Virus record (IMG/VR): IMGVR_UViG_3300033069_001798
Location: 1 to 64,000 of that record
Origin: a virus
Taxonomy: Duplodnaviria > Heunggongvirae > Uroviricota > Caudoviricetes
Length of the DNA: 64,000 bases
Strand: one strand, 5' to 3'
Shown piece after piece: positions 30,869-38,677 of the stretch. Numbering within the stretch: position 1 is the stretch's first letter; every line of letters begins with the position of its first letter. The translations under genes and the position numbers were made by a program. The notes under the pieces are model-generated. The model was not told where the DNA came from and made no database searches. It saw only the letters and a list, made by a program, of their open reading frames with translations.

Positions 30869-31198
30869 TCATCCCTCCAGCGCAGCAGCACCGGCCGCCG
30901 CGGCATTGTAGAACCTGACATCGACATTGTCTGATGCCTTGAAAAGAAACCACTGGTTGAGCGTCTCGTCCCAAGCGTGGATCGTTCCATCTTCATCGAT
31001 CTTGTGAATCTCGCAAGATGAAGTGTGAGGACGAGCATGGCGCAACCGAGTCACCAAGATCTTGCTACCAACTGGTGCTAGCAGCACGCCGTCCGCGATC
31101 GCAGGCACTGTCTTTGGATCGATCTTCACTCTCTTCTTTCGTGGAGCCTTCGGCGCTTTCTCTTTAACGCGTTCAGCGATCTTCTTTGCGTTGCTCAT
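30869..31198 (-). CDS. Hypothetical protein (109 aa, basic N-terminus)
   Basis: ORF only. Confidence 0.45.
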   Translation of the reverse strand: MSNAKKIAERVKEKAPKAPRKKRVKIDPKTVPAIADGVLLAPVGSKILVTRLRHARPHTSSCEIHKIDEDGTIHAWDETLNQWFLFKASDNVDVRFYNAAAAGAAALEG

Positions 31199-31619
31199 GT
31201 TTCTTTATCCAGTCGTAGTATATGCCCAACGCACCGTCTGACGGGCGGTCGCTACCCACATCGCATTGGAAGAACATCTTCCATGATCTCCAACCGTACT
31301 CACCGATACCGGGCAGCTCCCGGGCATCTGACCAAGATTTGCTCACGTAAGCCTTTGTCATTGACCTGATCGTGGCTTCGCGACGATTCTTGAATCCAAG
31401 CGACCGGATCAAGTCAGCGACTTCAGCTGGGGAGCTCTCCAAGTACTTCTCAGGCGTTGACCAACGAGACATGAATTCAGGTAGGATCTTTTCTACCTGC
31501 GTTCTCTTCGTCCGGTTCAGCATGATGCAGCTGACGAGGACGAGCCATTCATTGGGCCATAGAGATTCTTGTATGAGACTGTGAGGACTTGCTAGCGGTA
31601 TCATACCACTTGCCAACAT
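31173..31619 (-). CDS. HhH-GPD DNA glycosylase, MBD4-glycosylase-domain-like
   Basis: NEWLVLVSCIMLNRTKRTQV..LGFKNRREATI..ELPGIGEYGWRSWKMF..YYDW parallels the MBD4 catalytic domain (..LIATIFLNRTSG..LGLYDLRAKTI..LHGIGKYGNDSYRIF..YHDW). Confidence 0.7.
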   Translation of the reverse strand: MLASGMIPLASPHSLIQESLWPNEWLVLVSCIMLNRTKRTQVEKILPEFMSRWSTPEKYLESSPAEVADLIRSLGFKNRREATIRSMTKAYVSKSWSDARELPGIGEYGWRSWKMFFQCDVGSDRPSDGALGIYYDWIKKHEQRKEDR

Positions 31620-31643
31620 TGTAATTCGTCTAGCTGAGCAAGT

Positions 31644-32318
31644 TCATCTGCCGTACTTCTTGTCAAAGTACGTGTTACCAAGTTGGTACAGAACATTTTC
31701 TAGCGATGATTGCTTCACGTCGTGCTTTGCCAGCTGCTGAGCAACTTCACCATGCCTTTGGATCAAGCTTGATTTTGCCGCGCTTTGTCCTGGCCCGTCG
31801 TAAGAGTAGTTCAATACCTTGTTTGGATCTTTCACAAGCTCGCAGTCATCGCATTCTTCTGGTGTCTTTGGATCATCACGATCATCAAACGGTTTCTTGT
31901 CAACGTCGCTGCGCTTCGAAGAGTAATATTGCCACAACTTCTCGGCAGAAGAATTTGTCGATACCCTGTCTGGCATCAAGCCACCGTCGCCGTCGCTCAT
32001 GACAATATCGTACATGAGCGGACCGTAACCTTTAGACGCTGCAGATCGATGAACTTCGATAGCGTCATTGCACTCGTCAGAGTGTGGGATGGCTTCGATG
32101 AAACCGTAGATAAATTCATCGAGAGGTTTGGAGAATCGCATGCTCCAGAAACCCGGTTCTTGCATGACAGACGCTAGAGTCTTGGGCTCGTAAAGAACGT
32201 AGTAAATCTTACCTTCTCGCTGTCCCCTATAAAGAGCTAGCCCAGCATCTATAGCTTGATCTCCGCCCACTGCTGCTTCAATGAGGTGTGATATGTACGA
32301 CTTCAAGTGTTGCTTCAT
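31644..32318 (-). CDS. Hypothetical protein (224 aa) with weak leader-type N-terminus
   Basis: MKQHLKSYISHLIEAAVGG... Confidence 0.5.
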   Translation of the reverse strand: MKQHLKSYISHLIEAAVGGDQAIDAGLALYRGQREGKIYYVLYEPKTLASVMQEPGFWSMRFSKPLDEFIYGFIEAIPHSDECNDAIEVHRSAASKGYGPLMYDIVMSDGDGGLMPDRVSTNSSAEKLWQYYSSKRSDVDKKPFDDRDDPKTPEECDDCELVKDPNKVLNYSYDGPGQSAAKSSLIQRHGEVAQQLAKHDVKQSSLENVLYQLGNTYFDKKYGR

Positions 32319-32824
32319 AGGATTCCCACCCTCTTGAACAGCTTTCGATTGTAGTCGCTGAAAGATCCTTGCAGGAGAACAGCGGGTTCAACCCACTTCA
32401 CCACACCAGATTCATCAGTGTCAACGTTACCCATGACTGAGCAAGAGTAAGTCGTCACGAAGTAACCAGCATCATCTTTCTGCGAGAACACTTTTGTTAG
32501 ATTTACAGCAGTGTAACCAGTCTCTTCTTCAAGCTCTCTTGCAGCGGCTTCAACCTCAACCTCACCAGGATCCACTTTCCCACCCGGCAATCCAAAATCG
32601 TTTGGATCATCTTTCCTAGAGACTGCCAAGATCTTTCCGTTTGGGTTCCTAACAAGAACGCATGCAGCTCGCGGGGCATTCAAAGCTGCGAGCGTCTCGT
32701 CTTCTTCGTCATTTGCCAACGAACCACCCACTTCGACGTTTGTTATCGGCGGTCGAGGATCTGTCAACATCTCACGGATGAGCTGCTTCAGAAGCTTAAC
32801 TTCTTTGGTTCTGGAAGTGGACAT
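32315..32824 (-). CDS. Nudix hydrolase with leader-type N-terminal extension
   Basis: Nudix box GLPGGKVDPGEVEVEAAARELEEETG. N-terminus from ATG 32824 is MSTSRTKEVKLLKQLIREMLTD. Confidence 0.8.
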   Translation of the reverse strand: MSTSRTKEVKLLKQLIREMLTDPRPPITNVEVGGSLANDEEDETLAALNAPRAACVLVRNPNGKILAVSRKDDPNDFGLPGGKVDPGEVEVEAAARELEEETGYTAVNLTKVFSQKDDAGYFVTTYSCSVMGNVDTDESGVVKWVEPAVLLQGSFSDYNRKLFKRVGIL

Positions 32825-33162
32825 GATTCGATCTGATCGCAGCTCGTTATGTTCTTGACGCAAGACGGAGCGAGCCAAACGCCTGCTGCTTGCGTATCAC
32901 GGCAGAACACGCTGCACGTTGCCACGCAGTGGTTCGCTACGCAACCATGACCCAAGTCACAATCACCAGTGTCAGCGCACAACCTCTTCATGTCGATATC
33001 ACGGCCCTCTTCGCAACCCAAGCTGTTGAGACGATCACATGCAGCCTGGCAGTCACCCGTATCGGTCACAACTGGCGGTTGAGGTGTTACGTTGGACCCA
33101 CGAGGGCACCCAGAAATAATCAACGTAATGAGAAGGATAGATACTGCGCCCAATTTTTTCAT
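32788..33162 (-). CDS. Cys-rich lipoprotein
   Basis: Signal peptide plus lipobox MKKLGAVSILLITLIISGC. More than 12 Cys in the mature part. Confidence 0.6.
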   Translation of the reverse strand: MKKLGAVSILLITLIISGCPRGSNVTPQPPVVTDTGDCQAACDRLNSLGCEEGRDIDMKRLCADTGDCDLGHGCVANHCVATCSVFCRDTQAAGVWLAPSCVKNITSCDQIESCPLPEPKKLSF

Positions 33163-33169
33163 TATTCTC

Positions 33170-33493
33170 TCAAATTTCTCTCAAGTACCCAAACTTAGCA
33201 TTGATGAGCCCAACAAGCGCTGAATCTGTTTCCTTGAAATCATTGTTGTGCTTGCGGAATAGCTTCGCGTACTTTGAAGATGCATAATCGATGATCTCAC
33301 GTCTGATATTATCAGGCAGAGGTTCATCATTGATCTCTTCTGTCTTTCTGATCCAGAAAACGGCAGCAGTGCGACCATTTGATGCTAGCGACGGCGCCAT
33401 GTGCCTCTTTAGCCGGGCGATGAACTTTGTGTCAAGCTTGAGCTCAGCAATGATAGTTGAGACGTACTCTTTCAGCAGCTGTTGATCGCTCAT
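33170..33493 (-). CDS. Hypothetical protein with leader-type N-terminus
   Basis: ATG 33493 in an ATGA overlap; MSDQQLLKEYVSTIIAELKLD... Confidence 0.5.
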   Translation of the reverse strand: MSDQQLLKEYVSTIIAELKLDTKFIARLKRHMAPSLASNGRTAAVFWIRKTEEINDEPLPDNIRREIIDYASSKYAKLFRKHNNDFKETDSALVGLINAKFGYLREI

Positions 33494-34296
33494 GTACCCT
33501 CCAAAAACGGTACCCAAAAGCTGTTTGCAGAGCTTTCGTCTAGGTACTTAAACGGCACCCAAGCGTAACCATCATCTCCCCACCAAGTTCCCCAAGAGTT
33601 GCGAACCAACCACAGCTCTCTTCCAAGATCGTAGCCTACGATCACTTGGCAGTGACCTCCAGCGCCGGCCCTAACGGACTTTGGCATCGCAACGGGTGGA
33701 CCGCCGCGGTACGCCATGTAATCTTTATCGACAGTCATGCCAAAGACGATCGGATGGCTTGCTTGCAGCGCAGAGATGATGTAGTTTTTCTGCGCTTGAC
33801 CAGATCCACCGATAGAATAGTAGCTGTCAATTTTGTTGACGTAAGCGTCCCTGTAAGAACCCCAAGACGGTCGAATGAAGACCTTGCTGGTGTCATAAGG
33901 CCACTTTTCTTCTGCACAAGTTCCCAACGATGACAGCGTTCCGAACGCCATGTGAATGTAAGCACCCTCATCGCGATCTTGCATTCGTGACATCAAACGA
34001 GCATTGTAGTAGACGAACATCCTAGACAGGTCTACGAAAGGTTTGCCGTTGCGGATCTGAAGAAACTCGAGAGCCCCAACGACACCGTTGCCCGTACAAC
34101 TTCCTATAGCTCCCTGATCCTCGACCGGTGAGCACCACTGGCGCAGATCTAGGACGCCGTCGACCTCTTGCGGAGCGCTAGCTGGTGATGCAGCTGCGAA
34201 CTTAGAGATATTATCCGCAAAGACGTAGTTCTTGCTTGCGTCATGATCTGGATCTTCGTGGTCGGCTTTCCAGCCGCCTAGCTTTGGTACGTACAT
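33490..34296 (-). CDS. Papain-like (C1 family) cysteine peptidase
   Basis: QGAIGSCTGNG (Gln/Cys), GGHCQVIVGYD (His), LVRNSWGTWWGDDGY (Asn-Ser-Trp). Confidence 0.85.
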   Translation of the reverse strand: MYVPKLGGWKADHEDPDHDASKNYVFADNISKFAAASPASAPQEVDGVLDLRQWCSPVEDQGAIGSCTGNGVVGALEFLQIRNGKPFVDLSRMFVYYNARLMSRMQDRDEGAYIHMAFGTLSSLGTCAEEKWPYDTSKVFIRPSWGSYRDAYVNKIDSYYSIGGSGQAQKNYIISALQASHPIVFGMTVDKDYMAYRGGPPVAMPKSVRAGAGGHCQVIVGYDLGRELWLVRNSWGTWWGDDGYAWVPFKYLDESSANSFWVPFLEGT

Positions 34297-35108
34297 AATA
34301 GCTTCTTCCCTGTTAGCATTGAGATCAAGAACTTGACAGCGTTGAACAAGATCGCCAAGAAACCTTTTGCATCTGGTGTTGGGAGAGGTGCAGGAGGCGG
34401 CTCAGGCACAATTATATCAACTGACGGTTGAGTTTTTACTTCAGGCTCTGGCTCTTCGATGACAACTGGGATCAGAGGATGATCTGGAAGTTTGTCAGGC
34501 CAGTGAAGCGTCATAGCGGGGTACGTGTCTGGTTCTTCAAGAACTCGAGCAGCGTTGGTGAACAAGATTACATTTGCCTCGTTGCGAGGCTTCAAGCCGG
34601 GATTTCCTGCTTCATTCATCTTGCACGTTGCCGCTGCAGTCAAGAAGTCTTTCTTCTTCACAGCGGCTTCGAAGCGTGGAAAGTTGAAGCCAGATCCCAT
34701 AGCCCAAGACATGCTCATGATCCCAAGCTGAGCATCTGCGGGCCATGAATCAAACTCAGGGAAGCGCTTCTTGACGTGAGCTTCCATCTCTAGGAGCCTG
34801 CGCCTGACCAGGTCGTCGCAAGATTTCTGAGACAGCTTTAGAGCCGTGATAGCCCTGAACGAAGGAGCACCCTTCAGCGCGAGATCTGTCCTAGCTTTAA
34901 CGTTGTGCCACTCTGTAGCAATTTCACCCGGCGGTGCCAGCCCGCCAGACTTCCTTTCAAATGGCAACGAAGTAGCCATAGAGATCGGATCGATCAGGTT
35001 TCCCCGAGCGATCGTCACCAGGCCTTTGACGTCTAGGTACATGTGCTCAACGACGCCTTCGAAGCGGCCCGTGAAGCTGCTGAAAGCATCTATGACTGAT
35101 TGATGCAT
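34278..35108 (-). CDS. GH24-type lysozyme/muramidase with Pro-rich linker and C-terminal TM segment
   Basis: FEGVVEHMYLDVKGLVTIARGN (Glu/Asp/Thr triad spacing as in T4 lysozyme). C-terminus GFLAILFNAVKFLISMLTG. Confidence 0.7.
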   Translation of the reverse strand: MHQSVIDAFSSFTGRFEGVVEHMYLDVKGLVTIARGNLIDPISMATSLPFERKSGGLAPPGEIATEWHNVKARTDLALKGAPSFRAITALKLSQKSCDDLVRRRLLEMEAHVKKRFPEFDSWPADAQLGIMSMSWAMGSGFNFPRFEAAVKKKDFLTAAATCKMNEAGNPGLKPRNEANVILFTNAARVLEEPDTYPAMTLHWPDKLPDHPLIPVVIEEPEPEVKTQPSVDIIVPEPPPAPLPTPDAKGFLAILFNAVKFLISMLTGKKLLCTYQS

Positions 35109-35124
35109 GTACTCTAAGTATTGA

Positions 35125-35589
35125 TCAGCTCTTCCCAGTTTCTTTCAACTTCTTGAGCAAACCTTCTACGTCAACAAGCTGTCCAGCATGGCGCCTTGCA
35201 TCTACCTCAAAAGGTGATGACCAGTAGGGATCTGATCCAGGACAACCTACTCTGATTGCTACGTAGCACAGTGCGTACATGATCGGCTGGAAGATTCCGA
35301 GCCGCATGACTTGATCTACGTGCTTCTGCTCGTGGATGAGAACCATCGGACGATCAACGGGTGAAACTTTAAGCACCACCACGTTGCCGATCGCTTGCCC
35401 GCCCCACTTCTTCCACAACGCCATCAACCAACTTGGTGATGTGGGTTTGACAGTCCAAACAAGAGCGTCTCCTTCGACGCCGTGCCATTTGTAAAACCCC
35501 GCAGCGGTCATCAGGGCAACGTACAACAACCCAAACAACGTCACTGGCGCGGCCCAGGCGTAACCCAAAAACTTCAGAAACTTGGACAT
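35125..35589 (-). CDS. Membrane protein with HExxH motif (putative Zn-metallopeptidase)
   Basis: N-terminal TM helices and LIHEQKHVDQ. Confidence 0.4.
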   Translation of the reverse strand: MSKFLKFLGYAWAAPVTLFGLLYVALMTAAGFYKWHGVEGDALVWTVKPTSPSWLMALWKKWGGQAIGNVVVLKVSPVDRPMVLIHEQKHVDQVMRLGIFQPIMYALCYVAIRVGCPGSDPYWSSPFEVDARRHAGQLVDVEGLLKKLKETGKS

Positions 35590-35647
35590 GTCAATCTCTC
35601 CTTGATCAGCTACATGCTGATAGGTAAGAGATGACGCCGAAGTTACG

Positions 35648-36841
35648 TCAGAATTCGCCGCGAGTTCCGTGCTTCGCGTAGTAATCAGCTTCGTGCCGAG
35701 CAGAAGACTTCTTGTGCTTCGACCAAGACTTGATCTCTTCTGGCGTTGGCTTCACTGCGTCTGCAAACATGTAGTCAGCGCGTTGAGCTCGGCCGTCAGT
35801 TGTCCGGCACGTGACGTAGCTACCACCAGTCGACGGCGTATCTTCAAACGAAGCGATCTGAACGACAGCACCGCCTGGCAACTTCACCCAGTCACCGACG
35901 TTCCAGCCATCAAATGATGTCATTCCCTCGGTGAGAATCGTTCTGATCATCGACTTAAGCTCGCGAAGCTTGATCTTCATAACGAGTAAGTATTCACCCC
36001 AAAGGTGATCAAACGTCGCAGTGAACTTTCCCCAAGCTTCATCTTTCAGAAGCGACTTAAAGCCGTACTTCTCGAACGTAGAGCGGACTGGCGCCCAATC
36101 TTTGGTCGGTTGCGAAGACGTCATGCCATGCGCCTCTTCGTCAGACCACGTGGTGAACTTGATGAGCGAATAGTTCTTTCGAAAGGCTTCTTTATTAGCA
36201 GGATCATTGAAGAACTCCTTCAACGCATCCGGGTCGTCCATCAGCGCCGTAGCAGCACCATCCGTAATGATCTTTGGGATGTTGTCTGTTGGATCTCCAC
36301 GAAGAGCCTTCCATGTAACGTAATCAGCGGGAGCTTGCTCAACGTAAGCCTTCTTCATGGGGTTGTAGATGCTGACGCCCTCAAATTCATCTAGGAGCTG
36401 CGTGAAGTCAGAATCGTTCGATACAACTGTCCACTTCACGGCTCGTGTGCCACGCTTGATGAGGTTGTAGATTGTGTCATCGCACTCGTGGTGAGGATGA
36501 CGCACGACAGAGAACGGAAAAGAACCAGCCAGCAACCCGACTATCTCGTCGACCTGGCTGAAGAACTTCACCATCTCATCGTGCTCTTTGGTGCCGGCTT
36601 CTACGATGCGGTTCGCTTTGTATTGCGGCAAGATATCGTGACGAGCTTGCGGATGGCCTTCAAGCACGAAATACAAGCGACTGATATCAAGTTTTTCTAC
36701 TAGTGCTCGTATGTTACGAAAAAAATTAAAAACTACAGGAGCTGGACCAGCTGTCCAGCCAGTTCTAGACCGGTGCAAAAAATTCATCCCATCTACTAGA
36801 CAAATATGAGGACGCATAATTCTATTGTTACGTGCTTCCAT
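35648..36841 (-). CDS. 5'-3' exonuclease / flap endonuclease (RNase H-like) with a 110-aa C-terminal extension
   Basis: The N-terminal PIN-like region has CLVDGMNFLHR and HECDD. Residues 288-397 (35648..35980) begin MKIKLRELKSMIRTILTEG (leader motif), followed by a GDLV-type module NVGDWVKLPGGAVVQIASF..YVTCRTTDGRAQR. The first ~51 codons are AT-rich (cassette-derived). Confidence 0.8.
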   Translation of the reverse strand: MEARNNRIMRPHICLVDGMNFLHRSRTGWTAGPAPVVFNFFRNIRALVEKLDISRLYFVLEGHPQARHDILPQYKANRIVEAGTKEHDEMVKFFSQVDEIVGLLAGSFPFSVVRHPHHECDDTIYNLIKRGTRAVKWTVVSNDSDFTQLLDEFEGVSIYNPMKKAYVEQAPADYVTWKALRGDPTDNIPKIITDGAATALMDDPDALKEFFNDPANKEAFRKNYSLIKFTTWSDEEAHGMTSSQPTKDWAPVRSTFEKYGFKSLLKDEAWGKFTATFDHLWGEYLLVMKIKLRELKSMIRTILTEGMTSFDGWNVGDWVKLPGGAVVQIASFEDTPSTGGSYVTCRTTDGRAQRADYMFADAVKPTPEEIKSWSKHKKSSARHEADYYAKHGTRGEF

Positions 36842-37479
36842 TGCTTGTTAAGCTTAATCCGATTTACTTGAGAACGACTAATATTGAACAGTTTCACAAT
36901 GTCACAAACTCTAGTTCCAATTGACAATTGATACTTGATTCCCTTAACATCATCTTCAGTCAATGAACAATTTGGATTTTTCACTCCAATCCGTAGTTTA
37001 GCATGCTCACTAATTTTTTTACGTGCTTGATCAGTAAGATGTGTTCCGAAATTTGGATTTCTAGCGCCACGCAAACCTTCCCAACCAAGTCTTGCACGAG
37101 AAATTGCCTGGCGATGTTCTAGTGACTTAGGTTTTCCGCGGTGTTTATCACTCATTTTCTGACGAGTTTCTATCGAAACAACGCAACCCGTAGATCCTTC
37201 TCCTCCACGCGTCAGATTATAACCTCTATCGATGTTAAACGAATCATAATGTGATATCCAATAAATTTCACGATCATCACACTCATGATCATCACACTCT
37301 TCTAGAATTCGAAACTCGAAATTTTCATGACCATATTTTCGGATGGAACAGTAAAGAGGTCGAAGATCACCTTTCTTGGCAGAATACAAATGTCCTGCTT
37401 TTCTATTGGAAAAATTTTTCGTTTGCCCAACATATACTTTCCCGTTGATTAGATTCTGAATCAGATAAACATATCTCAT
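36689..37479 (-). mobile_element. AT-rich homing-endonuclease cassette 2 (GIY-YIG ORF plus recoded FEN codons 1-51)
   Basis: ~35% GC by hand count at 37261-37320, against GC-normal flanks. It is bounded upstream by a native-composition duplicate of the FEN 5' end (37480..37668). Confidence 0.65.
36796..37479 (-). CDS. GIY-YIG homing endonuclease (I-TevI/Seg-like) with NUMOD3 repeats and C-terminal HTH
   Basis: MRYVYLIQNLINGKVYVGQT..R..H..E..YNLTRGGEGS; SIETRQKMS / SLEHRQAIS / TDQARKKIS; ..VCDIVKLFNISRSQVNRIK. Confidence 0.85.
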   Translation of the reverse strand: MRYVYLIQNLINGKVYVGQTKNFSNRKAGHLYSAKKGDLRPLYCSIRKYGHENFEFRILEECDDHECDDREIYWISHYDSFNIDRGYNLTRGGEGSTGCVVSIETRQKMSDKHRGKPKSLEHRQAISRARLGWEGLRGARNPNFGTHLTDQARKKISEHAKLRIGVKNPNCSLTEDDVKGIKYQLSIGTRVCDIVKLFNISRSQVNRIKLNKQWKHVTIELCVLIFV

Positions 37480-37668
37480 TCAATTAAGTATATCGAACCG
37501 TGTTGGAGGGGCAAAGAATAGCGTCTCCACGAGAGACCTGATGTTCCTCATGAAGTTGAAGACGACGGGCGCAGGACCGCCTGTCCATCCACTTCGGGCT
37601 CGATGCAGAAAATTCATGCCGTCGCACAGAACCACGTGAGGTTGTAGCATCTTCTTAGATTGTACCAT
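37480..37668 (-). pseudogene. Orphaned native 5' fragment of the FEN gene
   Basis: MLQPHVVLCDGMNFLHRARSGWTGGPAPVVFNFMRNIRSLVETL matches IMRPHICLVDGMNFLHRSRTGWTAGPAPVVFNFFRNIRALVEKL of the full gene. It then diverges and stops (TGA) immediately before the HEG ATG. Confidence 0.75.
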
Positions 37669-38677
37669 GACGTAACGTTTCGTTGCACTTCTTCAAGTAC
37701 CATGCACGCGCAGCAGCTTGCAGCTGACCACGAACGTCGTGCCACTCCAACCCGCTGGCTTCAAGCTCAGCTTGAGCTTCCTTGAAGACGTCCTTGCACA
37801 CCCAAGCCAAGAACGGTCCCGTGAGTCGCGGATGATATTCACCACCGAGCGTGGCGACACCTTGCACGAGGCGAGCTTCAGACAGAACGAGAGCGACAAA
37901 CTCAGCTGCAGATGCGGCAACTTCCGGATCAACTTGCGCTGGTTTTCCGTGCGTCAAGATCTTGTGAGCTTCACCCTTTGCCTTGAAAGCCAAGTTCGTG
38001 AACGTCTTCACCGTCGTTGGCAGTGGGTAGTAAACGAGACCTTCACCGACGCCCTCAACTTGGAACGTGGACTTTACCCAGGGATCGCATCTCTCAACTT
38101 CAGCAACGTCGCTGTTTATCTTGTCAACGATGGGTTGCAGATCTTTTGCATGGTGCAACATGTTAACGTTGAACGACTTCGAGTGCCAAGGAAGCACGTA
38201 CGCATCATGGACGCCCGCGACCAGCATCTCGAGTTCGTCAGGTTCAACGATCAGCTTCGACTCTTCGTTGTCAAATGCGTCTAGGGTCGCAGCGGCAAAG
38301 ACAGCAAAGAACTTCTTGCTGACTTGCGTCAATGCTGTTCCCTTGTTGATGCCAGGTCCGCACCATTCACCGAAGATCACTTTATCGACTGCTGCACCGG
38401 TGTCTACAAACGATTGCGATTCTCTGTGAGCCCATGCTGCCAACCCAGCAAAATCGTTGCCAGGAGCGATGAACTGCTCGCGGGTCTGGACTGTGATGCC
38501 CTTTCGCCTGACTTGGATCCCTGCATTGGCACCATGAAGCTTCACCTTGGGCCTGAAGGTGACGTTACCGTCTCCCACGATGTGGGGGTAGTTCCTGATG
38601 TTCTTCCGAAGCGTGTGGAAGTTGACTATCTCTGGCCATCTGATGAACGACATCTGCTTTGAATCCTTCCTGTGCAT
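37655..38677 (-). CDS. ATP-dependent RNA ligase (Rnl2-like nucleotidyltransferase)
   Basis: Motif I KVKLHGANAG (KxHG as in T4 Rnl2) and FGEWCGPGI. The start could be ATG 38653. Confidence 0.6.
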   Translation of the reverse strand: MHRKDSKQMSFIRWPEIVNFHTLRKNIRNYPHIVGDGNVTFRPKVKLHGANAGIQVRRKGITVQTREQFIAPGNDFAGLAAWAHRESQSFVDTGAAVDKVIFGEWCGPGINKGTALTQVSKKFFAVFAAATLDAFDNEESKLIVEPDELEMLVAGVHDAYVLPWHSKSFNVNMLHHAKDLQPIVDKINSDVAEVERCDPWVKSTFQVEGVGEGLVYYPLPTTVKTFTNLAFKAKGEAHKILTHGKPAQVDPEVAASAAEFVALVLSEARLVQGVATLGGEYHPRLTGPFLAWVCKDVFKEAQAELEASGLEWHDVRGQLQAAARAWYLKKCNETLRHGTI

